From Rhodovastum atsumiense (GTDB lineage: Bacteria > Pseudomonadota > Alphaproteobacteria > Acetobacterales > Acetobacteraceae), in NCBI GenBank assembly GCA_037190665.1, contig JBBCJT010000030.1, positions 165 through 64,164 of the forward strand: a DNA stretch of 64,000 bases, given 5' to 3'. Under the pieces are notes generated by a model that searched no databases, was not told the origin of the DNA, and worked only from the letters and a program-made list of their open reading frames with translations. Made by a program: the position numbers and the translations under genes. Below, piece after piece: positions 63,166-64,000 of the stretch; position 1 is the first letter of the stretch; every line of letters starts with the position of its first letter.

Positions 63166-64000
63166 ATGATCCGTTTCGGCCGCCGTGCCGCACTGGCCGG
63201 GCTCGCGCTCGTGCCGGCTTCGGGCGCGATCGCGCAGCCGGCGCTGCCGCCTACCATCACGCTCGTCGTCGGCGCCGCCCCGGGCGGGACGACCGACACG
63301 CTCGCGCGCGAGGTGGCGGAGGTGATGCAGGCGAAGCTCGGCCGCAACGTGGTGGTGGAGAACCGGACCGGCGCGGGCGGCAACATCGCCGCCACGCAGG
63401 TCGCGCGCGCCGCGCCCGATGGCGGCACGCTGCTGGTCGCCTTCACCAGCCACACGCTGAACGCCGCGCTGATGAACCAGATCCCGTACCGGCCGGTGGA
63501 GGATTTCACGCCGATCTCGCGGCTCGCGCGGCTATCGGCGAGCGTGCTGGTGGTCGGCCCCTCGGTGAAGGAAGCGGACCTCGCCGCCTTCGTCGCGGCC
63601 GCGCGCGCGAAGCCGGACCGCTACAGCTTCGCCATCGGCGGGGTCGGCAGCTCGCTGCACATGCAGACGGTGATGTTCCGCTCCGCGCTGGGGCTGACAG
63701 GGCCGGACGTACCGTTCCGCGGCACCTCGCCCGCGCTGGTGGACGTGGTGGCCGGGCACGTGGATGCGATGTTCGTGCCGCTGGATGTGGGCGGCGAGCT
63801 GATCCGAGACGGCAAGGCGCGCGCGCTCGCCGTGACGTCGGAGAAGCCGCTCGAGGCGCTGCCCAACGTCCCCACGGTGCGCAGCGTCGCGCCGGAGGTG
63901 CGGTCCGCCGTGGCGTGGTTCGGCATCCTCGGCCCCGCGGGCATGGCCGCGCCGCTGGTGGCGACACTGCACGAGGCGATCTCCGCCGCGCAGACCTCGC
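63166..64000 (+). CDS. Tripartite tricarboxylate transporter substrate-binding protein (Bug/TctC family), 3' end outside window
   Basis: ATG 63166 has AAGGGGGAGGGA upstream. Signal MIRFGRRAALAGLALVPASGAIAQ. Blocks VGAAPGGTTDTL and RTGAGGNIAA. The frame stays open to the window end, so it is absent from the ORF track. Confidence 0.8.
   Translation, partial: MIRFGRRAALAGLALVPASGAIAQPALPPTITLVVGAAPGGTTDTLAREVAEVMQAKLGRNVVVENRTGAGGNIAATQVARAAPDGGTLLVAFTSHTLNAALMNQIPYRPVEDFTPISRLARLSASVLVVGPSVKEADLAAFVAAARAKPDRYSFAIGGVGSSLHMQTVMFRSALGLTGPDVPFRGTSPALVDVVAGHVDAMFVPLDVGGELIRDGKARALAVTSEKPLEALPNVPTVRSVAPEVRSAVAWFGILGPAGMAAPLVATLHEAISAAQTS

Overview
High-GC window that resembles an alphaproteobacterial genome by eye; the organism cannot be determined from the sequence. 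I recognised no rRNA, tRNA, CRISPR array, transposase or integrase.

Gene content, left to right:
- 1-12.8 kb: a denitrification island. It holds norCBQD plus a small membrane ORF, an uncharacterised four-gene operon (DUF2249 / polytopic membrane protein / tandem DUF2249 / DUF59), nirK-nirV-norE-norF, the regulator nnrR, and pseudoazurin.
- 12.7-13.7 kb: a spacer of about 0.9 kb with no convincing gene.
- 13.7-18.7 kb: a translationally coupled operon of an acyl-CoA ligase, an orphan family-5 solute-binding protein and four hot-dog-fold proteins.
- 18.7-22.7 kb: a LysR regulator and two convergent paralogous MFS transporters.
- 22.8-32.3 kb: a mosaic catabolic island with an SDR, two TctC/Bug binding proteins, two alpha/beta hydrolases, two AhpD/CMD proteins, a ketopantoate-reductase-like protein, a DHDPS-like protein and an M28 peptidase.
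- 32.6-39.5 kb: small stress-type genes, allE, a serine hydrolase, an AAA ATPase, an SRAP peptidase and ilvD.
- 40.8-50.5 kb: a Liv-type ABC transporter operon carrying three adenylate-forming enzymes.
- 50.7-64 kb: DUF72, leucine catabolism genes (ivd, mccB, mccA), then ACAD-thiolase-indolepyruvate ferredoxin oxidoreductase with a divergent Lrp regulator, and a partial TctC gene at the window edge.

Most interesting signals:
1. Four NnrR-type boxes (TTGNN-N4-CGCAA). One of them places the unknown DUF2249/membrane/DUF59 operon in the NO-responsive regulon.
2. Two tandem mini-genes for hydrophilic proteins, each preceded by a GGAAA-N17-CGTT motif that matches the EcfG general-stress promoter.
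3. A dispersed GC-rich composite palindromic repeat family at four gene 3' ends.
4. An AT-rich 11-mer containing the palindrome ATACGTAT, shared by two distant intergenic sites.
5. The operon with four hot-dog subunits, two of which show non-canonical hydratase motifs.

Many very long ORFs in the track are antisense shadow ORFs typical of high-GC DNA, and I rejected them. All family assignments come from reading the translated ORFs by eye; no database search was run.
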